From an uncultured Anaerolineaceae bacterium (GTDB taxonomy: Bacteria > Chloroflexota > Anaerolineae > Anaerolineales > UBA4823), in contig CAYLPS010000009.1 of NCBI GenBank assembly GCA_964385625.1, positions 653 through 64,652 on the forward strand: DNA of 64,000 bases, in the 5' to 3' direction. Both the position numbers and the translations under genes were made by a program. Below the pieces are notes generated by a model that saw only the letters and a program-made list of their open reading frames with translations, was not told the origin of the DNA and did not search any database. This document shows, one piece after another, positions 8,479-17,997 of this stretch (position 1 is the stretch's first letter; every line of letters begins with the position of its first letter).

Positions 8479-10260
8479 ATGTCCAACAATATCCTGATCG
8501 CAATTGCCTGGCCATATGCCAACTCGGAGATCCATGTGGGCAATATCACCGGTTCTCACCTGCCCGGAGATATCGTGGCGCGCTACCACCGCCTGAAGGG
8601 TGATCGGGTGTTGATGGTCTCAGGGACCGACTCGCATGGCACGCCGGTCACACTGAAAGCCGATGCTGAGGGCCGCCCGGTTGAAGAGGTGTATCGCTTC
8701 TTCCATGAGCAGTTCCTTGAGCTATTTCAGAAAGCCGGCATCAGCTATGACCTATTTACCACCACCCACACCGAGAACCACTTCAAGGTTGCCCAATCCA
8801 TGTTCCTGGCGCTTAATGAAAATGGCTTCCTGTACACCGAGTCGCGTCCCCAGTGGTACTCGCCAGCTGCCGGGCGTTTTTTACCCGACCGCTATGTGGA
8901 GGGAACCTGCTATATTTGCGGCTACGAAGGAGCCCGCTCCGACCAGTGCGACAATTGCGGGCATGTGCTGGAACCCGAAAAACTGATCAACCCGCGCAGC
9001 AAGGAAGATGGCTCTATACCTGAACTGCGCGAAACCACCCATTTCTACCTGGACCTATCCAAGCTTCAGCCGGATGTGGCTGAATTTTTACACCAGCGCC
9101 AGGGATATTGGCGTGAGACCGTGATCGGTGAAACCCTGGGGAAAATCGAGAGCGAGGGGCTGCTTCCTCGGCCCATCACACGCGACCTGGATTGGGGCAT
9201 CCCCGTCCCGGTGGAAGGCTGGGAAGGTAAGTGCCTGTACGTGTGGTTCGAGGCTGTCATCGGCTACCTCTCCGCCAGCATCGAATGGGCAAAAATCATC
9301 GGGCGGCCGGATGCCTGGCGCGACTGGTGGACCGACTTATCGGCCAAGACGTTCTATTTCATCGGCAAGGATAACATCTTCTTCCACGCCGCCATGTGGC
9401 CAGCCCAGCTCAAGGGAGCCGGCAAGGAATTCGTGCGCATATTCTGTGAAGAGGATGGTGAGCCGCTTAACCTGCCTTATGACGTGCCAGCCAACCAATT
9501 CATGAACCTGGAAGGCCGTAAAATCTCCGGTAGCCGTAATTGGGCGGTATGGGGATTGGATTTCCTGTCACGCTATGACCCCGATGCCTTGCGCTATTAC
9601 CTCACCATCAACATGCCCGAGCTGAGAGATACTGACTGGGACTGGGATGAGTTCATCGCCCATAATAACAACGAACTGGTTGCCAACTGGGGCAACCTGG
9701 TGAATCGCGCCTTGTCATTCGCTTATAAGCATTGGGGTGGCCTGGTGCCCGACCCGGGTGAGTTGCGCCCGATCGACAAGGAGATCATCGACCAGGTGGA
9801 GGCTGGCTTTACCACTATCGGGGAGCACCTCGAAGCGGTGCATCTCAGGGCAGCGCTCACCGAGGCATTGAGACTGGCAAAATTGGGGAACAAATACCAG
9901 GATGATACCTCCCCATGGTTCGAGATCAAGACCGATAAGGCTGAGGCAGCCAAGTCGATTTTCACGGCATTGAAAGTCATTGATTCGCTCAAGGTGTTGT
10001 TCGCTCCCTTCCTGCCGTTCAGCAGCGAGCGTCTTCACACCTTCCTGGGCTACTCCCAGCCGTTATTTGGAGAGCAATATGTAGAGACCCTGCAGGATAA
10101 GCTGGGTGCTCATGATGCCCTGCGCTACCGCCCGCCTCAACCGGGTGGGTGCTGGCAGCCCTCCGATCTGAAACCCGGCCAACGCCTCCGTCAGCCTGCC
10201 CCATTGTTCAAGAAGCTCGAGCCTGCCCTGGCAGCACAGGAACGCGCCCGCCTGGGGTAA
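8479..10260 (+). CDS. metG: Methionine--tRNA ligase (no C-terminal tRNA-binding appendage)
   Basis: WPYAN..HVGN (HIGH motif), GTDSHG, two CxxC Zn knuckles, YVWFEA, GKDN, KISGS (KMSKS motif). Confidence 0.96.
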   Translation: MSNNILIAIAWPYANSEIHVGNITGSHLPGDIVARYHRLKGDRVLMVSGTDSHGTPVTLKADAEGRPVEEVYRFFHEQFLELFQKAGISYDLFTTTHTENHFKVAQSMFLALNENGFLYTESRPQWYSPAAGRFLPDRYVEGTCYICGYEGARSDQCDNCGHVLEPEKLINPRSKEDGSIPELRETTHFYLDLSKLQPDVAEFLHQRQGYWRETVIGETLGKIESEGLLPRPITRDLDWGIPVPVEGWEGKCLYVWFEAVIGYLSASIEWAKIIGRPDAWRDWWTDLSAKTFYFIGKDNIFFHAAMWPAQLKGAGKEFVRIFCEEDGEPLNLPYDVPANQFMNLEGRKISGSRNWAVWGLDFLSRYDPDALRYYLTINMPELRDTDWDWDEFIAHNNNELVANWGNLVNRALSFAYKHWGGLVPDPGELRPIDKEIIDQVEAGFTTIGEHLEAVHLRAALTEALRLAKLGNKYQDDTSPWFEIKTDKAEAAKSIFTALKVIDSLKVLFAPFLPFSSERLHTFLGYSQPLFGEQYVETLQDKLGAHDALRYRPPQPGGCWQPSDLKPGQRLRQPAPLFKKLEPALAAQERARLG

Positions 10261-10263
10261 TAA

Positions 10264-11454
10264 CTACTCGGTATCCTCGATTTCTACAACCTGTTTGAGG
10301 TTAAAACCGCGCCGCTTCAGCTCATTCACGAAAGGAATGGCTGGCACAAAACTTTCCACTCCACCGGCACCTCGCCGTGTTTGCCCGTGAGCCATCATCT
10401 CTGCCACGATTGCGGCATCCCACCCGGTGGTACGCTCCATGGCAGTGAAGCCAGTCTTTTCATCGAAGCGGTCCACCAGCTCCATGATGGCGTGCGCGCG
10501 CCGGCCAGCTTTCGTGCCGTCCGCCCTCACCCGCACCAATACAATGTCTTTGCCTTTTTCAGGATGCTGTGGAAACGTGACTTTTGGCTCATATAGTGCG
10601 TGGAACACCTGGCGCGGTATGATTTCGGTGCCATTGATGGTCAGTGGCTTTAAATCCCACAACCCAAGGTCCCAGAAGCTGCGCAGCTGCTGGCAATGCC
10701 CCGGATAGCGCAGGGTAAGGTTCTGCAGGGTACGCAGTTTACCAGCGTAGGTCCAGGGCATGGTGCTGGTGCCGCCTCCCGTCACAAAGGCTTCCAGGGT
10801 GCCAACCGAATCGGGAAATTCAATCGTTTCCAACTCGGTCATCGGTTCCACCCGGGTAATTTTCCCCTCACGCAGGAATATGGCTGGCTCAGCGTATTCA
10901 TTTGTCAACCCTGCCACGTGGAAGGTAAGCAGGTAGTTGAAAGGCGGTTGGGGATGCTGGGGAAGGCCGCCATCCCACATATAAACATCCACCGCCTCGT
11001 CCAGCAGTCCCATGGTATATACGGTCAGGGAAGTACCCATCCCCGGCACCTGCCCGCAGTCGGGTATGATGCTGATGCCTGCCTGGCGGGCCTGCTCATC
11101 AAAGGCGTGCTGCTGCCTGGCAATATCGGTGTTACCTCCCAGGTCGCACATGCAGGCTTTCACCTTAATTGCCACCCTGGTGATATCCAGGTTGTAATAG
11201 TAGGGCACTGCGCTTACGAAAGCCTGTATGCCTTCCAGCGCCCGCTCCAGGGCGTATGCATCGGTCACATCAACCTGGACAGCCTGAGCTGCTTTCCGGC
11301 CAATCAGGCTGTTCACGCGCCCGGCAGAACGTTCGGCGATGGACAGCTGTTTGTCGATCAGGATAATACGCTCTGCCTCCCCCCAGCGTGCCATGTCATA
11401 TGCGCAGGCCGTGCCCTGCCTCCCTGACCCGATGACTGCATAGCTATATTCCAT
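10264..11454 (-). CDS. Saccharopine dehydrogenase/lysine 6-dehydrogenase family protein
   Basis: GSGRQG Rossmann fold, DLGGN, DCGQVPG, GLTNEY, TLRYPGH, TAMERTTG; start at ATG 11454 with GGGAGG RBS. Confidence 0.88.
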   Translation of the reverse strand: MEYSYAVIGSGRQGTACAYDMARWGEAERIILIDKQLSIAERSAGRVNSLIGRKAAQAVQVDVTDAYALERALEGIQAFVSAVPYYYNLDITRVAIKVKACMCDLGGNTDIARQQHAFDEQARQAGISIIPDCGQVPGMGTSLTVYTMGLLDEAVDVYMWDGGLPQHPQPPFNYLLTFHVAGLTNEYAEPAIFLREGKITRVEPMTELETIEFPDSVGTLEAFVTGGGTSTMPWTYAGKLRTLQNLTLRYPGHCQQLRSFWDLGLWDLKPLTINGTEIIPRQVFHALYEPKVTFPQHPEKGKDIVLVRVRADGTKAGRRAHAIMELVDRFDEKTGFTAMERTTGWDAAIVAEMMAHGQTRRGAGGVESFVPAIPFVNELKRRGFNLKQVVEIEDTE

Positions 11455-11555
11455 ATTATTCCTCCCGTGGATGATCTGAGTCAATTATAAGGTATTTCAC
11501 TCCTCCCCGAGGCATTCGAGTGTGGTAAACTCCCTGATTGCCTGACATTCTGTAA

Positions 11556-14015
11556 GTGACCATAACGATGGACGCAAAAACACTTCAAACCCTGGATTAC
11601 CAGAAGATCCTGGAACACCTGGCGGGCTTCTGTGCCTTTGCCGTTTCTACCGAGAAGGCACTCCACCTCCAGCCGACCAATAACCTCGATGAGGCCAATC
11701 GCCGACAGGCAGAGACCAGCGAAGCGCTGCAGATGCTGGTTACCCGGCCTGACCTCACCATTGGCGGGGTGCGTGACGTGCGGCAGGCAGTGGACCTGGC
11801 AGTCCATGGGGGAGTGCTTGCGCCTGCGGAGTTGCTGGATATAAAATCCACGCTGATCGCTGCCCGTAACCTGGCACGTACCTTCGAGCGCCTGGGTGGG
11901 CAATTTCCCATATTGTATGAGATCGCCACTCGCATCCCCACACCCATGGGCCTGGTAGATGCTATCACGCGTGCCATCTCAGAACGCAGCGAAATCCTGG
12001 ATGGCGCCTCTGAAACACTCGCCAACATCCGCCGCGACCTGCGCATCGCCCACGACCGCCTGATGACCAAGCTGCAGCGCATGGTTGCAGACCCACATAC
12101 CTCTCCATACCTGCAGGAAGCCCTGATCACCCAACGTGATGGGCGTTATGTGCTCCCCCTCAGGGCAGAGTTTAAAGGCAAAATCCGAGCGGTGATTCAC
12201 GACCAATCCGCCTCGGGGGCCACCCTGTTCATCGAGCCGCTCAGCGTGGTGGAGCATAACAACCAGTTCCGCGAGCTCCAGCTGGCTGAGCGCGACGAAG
12301 AGCGGCGCATCCTTAGCGAGCTTTCCCAGCAGGTGGGCATGCATGCCGGCAGCATCCTCAATACGGTGGAGCTTGTATCACAGCTGGACCTGTGCTTCGC
12401 CAAGGCAAAGTACTCCGAAGCGATTGCTGCCGCCGCACCAAGGCTGCACCCCATCAGCAAGCCGAGCGGGCGCCACCCGGGAACTCTCATCCGCTTGTAC
12501 CAGGCGCGCCATCCCCTGCTGGACCCCGCCACCGTTGTGCCGATTGACGTGGAGCTGGATGACCAGACCTACGCCATGGTAGTTACTGGCCCCAACACGG
12601 GTGGCAAGACCGTCACCCTCAAGACCATCGGACTGCTGGTCCTCATGGCCCAGTCCGGCCTGCACATCCCGGCCAACTCCGGCTCTGAGATCAGCCTGTT
12701 TCACGATATCTACGCCGACATCGGTGATGAGCAGTCCATCGAACAATCCCTATCCACATTTTCGGGACACATCACCAACATCATCCGCATCCTCGAGCAT
12801 GCCGACCAGCGCTCACTGGTCATCATGGATGAGCTGGGAGCTGGCACTGACCCTCAGGAAGGGGCAGCTCTGGCGCGCGCACTGCTCACCCACCTGCTCG
12901 ACCGCGGCATCACCACCCTGGTCACCACCCACCACCCTGAATTGAAGGCTTTTGCCCATGCCACTCCCGGGGTGGTCAACGCCAGTGTGGAGTTCGACCT
13001 CGAAACCCTGCAACCAACCTTTCACCTGACCATTGGCCTGCCAGGACGTTCGAATGCCCTAGCAATTGCCCAGCGACTGGGCATGCCTGACCCAATCATC
13101 AATTCAGCCCGTTCCGAGCTAAATCCTACCGACCTGCGCGCCGAAGACCTGCTGGATGAAATCCATCGCCAGCGCGACCTCTCACGCAAGGCACGCATTG
13201 CCTCCGAAAAAGCCCACCACGACGCTGAAGTTATGCGGGGTGAGCTGGCACAACGTCTGGAAAAAATCGAAGACGAGCGCATGCAGGTGCTGGAAAAAGC
13301 TCACCATCAGGCCGAGGAACAGCTGGAAGAGGTGCAAGCTGAGCTGCGTGAGGTTCGCCGCCAGCTGGCGCGCACCAGGCAGCCTCTGGAAGTGATCCAA
13401 GAGGTCGAAGACCAGCTGGCTGACCTCGAGGAAACAGTTGCGCCTCCCGTGGAACGCAAAGCCCCTGATACCGATATAAGCCCATTCAGGCGCCCCATCC
13501 GCCTGGGCGATAGGGTCAGGCTGCATTCGCTCAACTCACAGGGCGTGGTCACCTCACTGAGTGAGGAAGAAGCAGAGGTATCGGTGGGAATGTTGCGCAT
13601 CCGCGCCAGGCTGGCGGAGCTTCAGCTACTGGGTGAAGGTACTGACTCAGCTGTGGGGGCTTCAAGCCTGCCTACTGCCCGTGAATTGTTGGCCACCAAC
13701 CGTCCCCAGCCCACCGCAGAAACGACCGGCACCACTCGCCAGCCGGGTTCGCAAATCTATGCCGAATCCCCGGGCATCGAGCTCGACCTGCGCGGCAAGC
13801 GCAGTGACGAAGCCCTGGATGCCCTGGAGCGCTACCTTGACTCGGCCTACCTGGCCGGGTTGCCCTGGGTGCGCATCATCCACGGCAAGGGCACCGGTAA
13901 GTTACGCCTGGCGGTGCGCGAAGCCCTGGGAAATAACCCCCACGTGAAATCCTTCGAATCCGGCGGTGACAAGGAAGGTGGCGATGGTGTCACCGTCGCC
14001 AAACTGGCGCAATAA
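11556..14015 (+). CDS. mutS2: MutS2 endonuclease/ribosome-collision factor
   Basis: HDQSASGATLFIEP, TGPNTGGKT, QSLSTFSGH, DELGAGTDP, KOW domain and C-terminal Smr domain (IIHGKGTG). Confidence 0.95.
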   Translation: MTITMDAKTLQTLDYQKILEHLAGFCAFAVSTEKALHLQPTNNLDEANRRQAETSEALQMLVTRPDLTIGGVRDVRQAVDLAVHGGVLAPAELLDIKSTLIAARNLARTFERLGGQFPILYEIATRIPTPMGLVDAITRAISERSEILDGASETLANIRRDLRIAHDRLMTKLQRMVADPHTSPYLQEALITQRDGRYVLPLRAEFKGKIRAVIHDQSASGATLFIEPLSVVEHNNQFRELQLAERDEERRILSELSQQVGMHAGSILNTVELVSQLDLCFAKAKYSEAIAAAAPRLHPISKPSGRHPGTLIRLYQARHPLLDPATVVPIDVELDDQTYAMVVTGPNTGGKTVTLKTIGLLVLMAQSGLHIPANSGSEISLFHDIYADIGDEQSIEQSLSTFSGHITNIIRILEHADQRSLVIMDELGAGTDPQEGAALARALLTHLLDRGITTLVTTHHPELKAFAHATPGVVNASVEFDLETLQPTFHLTIGLPGRSNALAIAQRLGMPDPIINSARSELNPTDLRAEDLLDEIHRQRDLSRKARIASEKAHHDAEVMRGELAQRLEKIEDERMQVLEKAHHQAEEQLEEVQAELREVRRQLARTRQPLEVIQEVEDQLADLEETVAPPVERKAPDTDISPFRRPIRLGDRVRLHSLNSQGVVTSLSEEEAEVSVGMLRIRARLAELQLLGEGTDSAVGASSLPTARELLATNRPQPTAETTGTTRQPGSQIYAESPGIELDLRGKRSDEALDALERYLDSAYLAGLPWVRIIHGKGTGKLRLAVREALGNNPHVKSFESGGDKEGGDGVTVAKLAQ

Positions 14016-14215
14016 AGGATCCAATCAGAACCTGGGCGCTGGCATAACGAATTTTTCTATTGGAGAATTTATCCAATATTAATTGGGTATATAATTCTGG
14101 CAGCAAAGTGTTACCCGCTGCATCATAATCCTCGGGACACAAAACTGGTATCGTTATAAGACCTTTAGCATAGGATTTTTCCGTTTCCCTATAAATCTAA
14201 TAAGGAGAATGCAAT

Positions 14216-17200
14216 ATGAAAAACCGACTGCTTGCTGTTACTCTGACCATTGCGCTGCTAGTATTGCTCGTCGCTCTGGCAGGTCATGCCCAGGCATCAC
14301 CCACGACCTCCCCAGGCAACCCTTCACTGGTTTACGTTGATTTAAGCCACCCGGATGACCTGAGCCGTTTTGCATCCACGCAGCTGCCCATGTATGCCTA
14401 CCTTGAGCAGGGCCTGCTGGCAGGCGCCGACCAAGCAGGTCAACAGGACCTGAGGTCTGCCGGCTTGAGAATCCAGGTGCTGGATGAGATTGTGCAGTCG
14501 GGTACTTACTACCTGGCCGAAACCAGGCCCACCCGTCCGGCGCCAGATTTTACCCTGTATGGTAAAGTCTTGTTGAGCACTTCCACCGGCTCGCTTTTGC
14601 GCATGGACCCTTCGCAGGTGGATGCACTCACGGCTGCCGGAGCCGAGCTGAAGGCCATCAGCCTCACCCCCAAGCCCTTGCCTGCTCTTCAGGCCAGGCC
14701 GTCCTTCCCGGATGTGGTCGAGCCTGACCCCCTCATCCAGGGCATGATCGACCAGGTTACCGAAACCCAGGTGTATACCTACGACCGCCAGCTGGCCGGC
14801 GAGCTGCCCGTGTGGGTGGATGGCGACTGGTACACCATATTGACCAGGTATACCTACAGCGGCGTGCCCATCCAGAAAGCCACCCACTTCGTGGGCCAGC
14901 ACATGCAGGCTTTGGGTTTGGACGTTGATTTCCACGTGTGGGACAACGACACCAACCCGAATGTGATCGGCGAGATCTCGGGGCTGGTTAATCCTGATGA
15001 CATCTTCATCATCGGCGGCCACCTGGATGCCGTCCAGGGCGCCCCCGGGGCCGACGATAACGCCAGCGGCAGCGTGGCCACCATGCTGGCGGCCGATATC
15101 TTCTCGCAGTACCAGTGGGGCTGCACCATGCGCTTTGCCTTCTGGACCGGTGAGGAGCAGGGCCTGCTGGGCAGCGCTGATTATGCCGAATACGTGCACA
15201 GCCTGGGCGAAAATATCGTTGGCTACCTGAACCTGGACATGATCGCCTGGAATACCATCGGCAGTGAGCCAGATATTGACCTTATTTATAATCAAAATAT
15301 GCCATCCACGCTTGAACTTGCTAACCTTTATGCGGATGTTGTGGAGGCCTATAATATACCTCTTGTGCCTGAGATCCTCACCTCTTTAGGCGGTGGCAGT
15401 GATCACAGCTCATTTTGGGATCAGGGATACACATCCATACTGGCTATTGAAGACCAGGGTGATTTCAACCCCTATTACCACAGCCCCCAGGATACCCCGG
15501 CCCACACCGACCCAATCTACTTCACCAATTTCGTCAAGGCTTCCATCGCCACTACCGCTCACATGAGCGGCTGCCTGATCCCCACCGGTACCGGTGCCCT
15601 GGACGGGCACGTGACTGCCGCGGATGGCGGGGCACCCATCGAGGGCGCCAAGGTGGTAGCCAGTGATGGCCAGGGTCACAACTATCCTGCCAACACTGAT
15701 GACACCGGTTATTACACCCGCACCCTGATAGCCGGCACCTATGACCTCACCGCATCGGCCTACAGCTATCTGCCTGCTACCATCAGCGGGGTGATCATTA
15801 CCACCGATACGGTCACCACCCAGGATTTCTCCCTGCTCTCTGCCCCAACTTACCTCGTCACTGGCACAATTTCTGAGAGCGGTACCGGCCTGCCGCTGCT
15901 GGCGGAGGTCAAATTTGACTTCTCGCCCGTCACGGTATGGTCGGATCCCGCCACTGGCCTCTACCAGGCTGAACTGCCCGCGGGGAATTACACCATGCAA
16001 GTGCGATCGGATCTGCACCGCCCTCAGCAACGGGATATCGTCGTCGACCAAAACCAGGTCCAGGATTTTTCCCTCGAACCCCTACCCTGCATCTTGCTGG
16101 TGGATGACGATAAAGACAGCCCTGACGTTCAAAGCTATTACACTTCAGCATTGGATGGCCTGGGTGTGGATTACGATGTTTGGGATACCAGCGGCGGTGA
16201 CCCAACATTGGACGATATTGCCGGCTATCGAAAATTACTTTGGTTTACCGGGGAGGATTGGAGCGATACCTTGAATGCAGGCAACGAAACGATGGTGGCG
16301 GCCTACCTGGATTCGGGAGGTAACTTCTTCCTGTCAAGCCAGGATTACCTGTTCGACATGGGACTGACCTCCTTCGGACAGAATTACCTGCATATCAACA
16401 ATTTCAATAATGATGTCAACCAGACCACCGTAACCGGTCAGAACGTATTCGATGACCTGGGTCCATACAACCTTAGCTATCCATTCTACAACTATTCCGA
16501 TATAGTCAACCCTGATGCTCACGCACTAGTGGCGTTTTCTGGTAACCAGGGAAATGCCGCCATCAGCTATGATGGGGATAATTTCAACACCGCCTTCTTC
16601 GGATATCCTTTCGAGGCAATCTCCCAGCTGGCCGACCGGGAAGCAGTGATGAACCGCCTTCTCGATTTCTTCGGCGAATGCCAGCCGAGCTACGGTTGGC
16701 TGGACGGCCACGTTACCGATGCGCAAACAGGCGACCCACTTCAAGGCGCCCTGGTGACAGCCACACCAGGCCTGGCGGGCGTCTCAGCCATCACCGACCC
16801 ATCCGGGTATTACACCATGACCCTGCCCGTAGGTGACTATTCGGTCACTGCCTCTATGGATGGATATCTCCCCCAATCACAGCCTGCACCGGTGGTCAAG
16901 GATGAAATCACCACTCGTGACTTTGCCCTGGAGATCGCCTGCGAGCCGGTGAGCGATGTCGACTTCACCTGGCAGCCTCTCGAGCCGTTCAGTGGAGAGG
17001 TGATCACCTTCACCGCCACTGCCAGCGGCAGCCTGCCGATCGATTTCCAATGGGACTTTGGTGACACCTATACCGACACCGGTGAAACGGTGACCCATAT
17101 CTACCCTGCAGGCAGCCACATGGTGTCGTTGACGGCCTCCAATGGCTGCGGTGCAGGAAATGCCAGTCACGACGTGCTTGTGTTGCCAGTGCTCCAAGAA

Positions 17201-17227
17201 CTATACCTGCCTCTGGTACGCAGGTAA
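14216..17227 (+). CDS. Secreted M28 metallopeptidase with carboxypeptidase-regulatory-like repeats and a PKD domain
   Basis: Signal peptide; GGHLD, PGADDNASG, GEEQGL, NLDM, SDH, YH; PKD WDFGD; C-terminal YLPLVRR. Confidence 0.88.
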   Translation: MKNRLLAVTLTIALLVLLVALAGHAQASPTTSPGNPSLVYVDLSHPDDLSRFASTQLPMYAYLEQGLLAGADQAGQQDLRSAGLRIQVLDEIVQSGTYYLAETRPTRPAPDFTLYGKVLLSTSTGSLLRMDPSQVDALTAAGAELKAISLTPKPLPALQARPSFPDVVEPDPLIQGMIDQVTETQVYTYDRQLAGELPVWVDGDWYTILTRYTYSGVPIQKATHFVGQHMQALGLDVDFHVWDNDTNPNVIGEISGLVNPDDIFIIGGHLDAVQGAPGADDNASGSVATMLAADIFSQYQWGCTMRFAFWTGEEQGLLGSADYAEYVHSLGENIVGYLNLDMIAWNTIGSEPDIDLIYNQNMPSTLELANLYADVVEAYNIPLVPEILTSLGGGSDHSSFWDQGYTSILAIEDQGDFNPYYHSPQDTPAHTDPIYFTNFVKASIATTAHMSGCLIPTGTGALDGHVTAADGGAPIEGAKVVASDGQGHNYPANTDDTGYYTRTLIAGTYDLTASAYSYLPATISGVIITTDTVTTQDFSLLSAPTYLVTGTISESGTGLPLLAEVKFDFSPVTVWSDPATGLYQAELPAGNYTMQVRSDLHRPQQRDIVVDQNQVQDFSLEPLPCILLVDDDKDSPDVQSYYTSALDGLGVDYDVWDTSGGDPTLDDIAGYRKLLWFTGEDWSDTLNAGNETMVAAYLDSGGNFFLSSQDYLFDMGLTSFGQNYLHINNFNNDVNQTTVTGQNVFDDLGPYNLSYPFYNYSDIVNPDAHALVAFSGNQGNAAISYDGDNFNTAFFGYPFEAISQLADREAVMNRLLDFFGECQPSYGWLDGHVTDAQTGDPLQGALVTATPGLAGVSAITDPSGYYTMTLPVGDYSVTASMDGYLPQSQPAPVVKDEITTRDFALEIACEPVSDVDFTWQPLEPFSGEVITFTATASGSLPIDFQWDFGDTYTDTGETVTHIYPAGSHMVSLTASNGCGAGNASHDVLVLPVLQELYLPLVRR

Positions 17228-17280
17228 TTATTCAAATATCTCCCCTCTCATTCGGTGAAATCAGTGTTTTGAGAGGGGAA

Positions 17281-17627
17281 TATTTTATATCTTATATGTT
17301 AATTAATATATATAGTAGTCGTCGTAGGGGCTGTGGAAAAGTTGAAAAAGTAGTATATTGTCGGCCTTTACCCCACCCGTTGGGGAAAGCTTTAACTAGT
17401 TGGCTATATATGGTGGTTTATGATAGTAAATCTTTCCCCACCCCGCGTGGGTAATTTCTGTGGATAAATCCATCCTCGTGTATCCCATTATTGGTGGTTA
17501 CACCTGCGGGAAGTGCGTATCCATTCCCCCAATATCTGGGGGCTAAAAGGATATAAGATATTTTGAGATATGCCGAGTTTTCCACAATTTGGGGCACTTA
17601 TCCACAATATTTATTGAGTTATCCACA
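17281..17627. other. Probable chromosomal replication origin (oriC)
   Basis: Perfect DnaA boxes at 17459-17467 (-), 17598-17606 and 17619-17627; 1-mismatch boxes at 17332-17340 and 17578-17586; GGGGC spacer, trios TAG-TAG-TCG-TCG-TAG (17313-17327) and AT-rich tract 17281-17312. Confidence 0.82.
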
Positions 17628-17694
17628 GGTTTTTGAGCATCCCATCCCATGCACTCCACTATTCTGCCTGGTAGGATGATGGCTGATACAAGGC

Positions 17695-17829
17695 TTAGGG
17701 AAAGTGGATCGAAATTCCTTTGATACCGTTGGCTAATGCATCCCCAATCCCCTTGATCACACTGCAGCCTGACAGTGATAGTACCAGGAATAATCCAAGG
17801 CTCACCCGTTTGATCAGCTTTTTAAACAT
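17695..17829 (-). CDS. Small lipoprotein (44 aa), entericidin-like: MFKKLIKRVSLGLFLVLSLSGCSVIKGIGDALANGIKGISIHFP
   Basis: AAGGAGG RBS, basic N-terminus, hydrophobic core, LSGC lipobox. Below the ORF-track size cut-off. Confidence 0.75.
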   Translation of the reverse strand: MFKKLIKRVSLGLFLVLSLSGCSVIKGIGDALANGIKGISIHFP

Positions 17830-17890
17830 ATGGCCTCCTTTTTGGGTATGTGACTATCATACCCGATTCTAAATCGAACGGGGATAGGCG

Positions 17891-17940
17891 TTGACAAACT
17901 GGTTGGGTTAGATTATTATCTAATTAGATATACGTCTAAT
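17891..17940 (+). promoter_or_regulatory. Sigma-70 promoter with two tandem palindromic operators
   Basis: TTGACA(17891)-17-TATTAT(17914); TTAGAT-tatt-ATCTAA (17908-17923) and TTAGAT-atac-GTCTAA (17924-17939). Confidence 0.75.
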
Positions 17941-17997
17941 CTCATTCAGGTGACTCGCTCGAGCTTATGAAACAATCTGCTCTTTTCAAGGCCCAAT

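Noticed and set aside
14342-15295. Long antisense or alternate-frame ORFs (also 10696-11427, 33109-33846, 50632-51267)
   Set aside because: Shadows of well-supported genes in GC-rich coding DNA, with no recognisable motifs.
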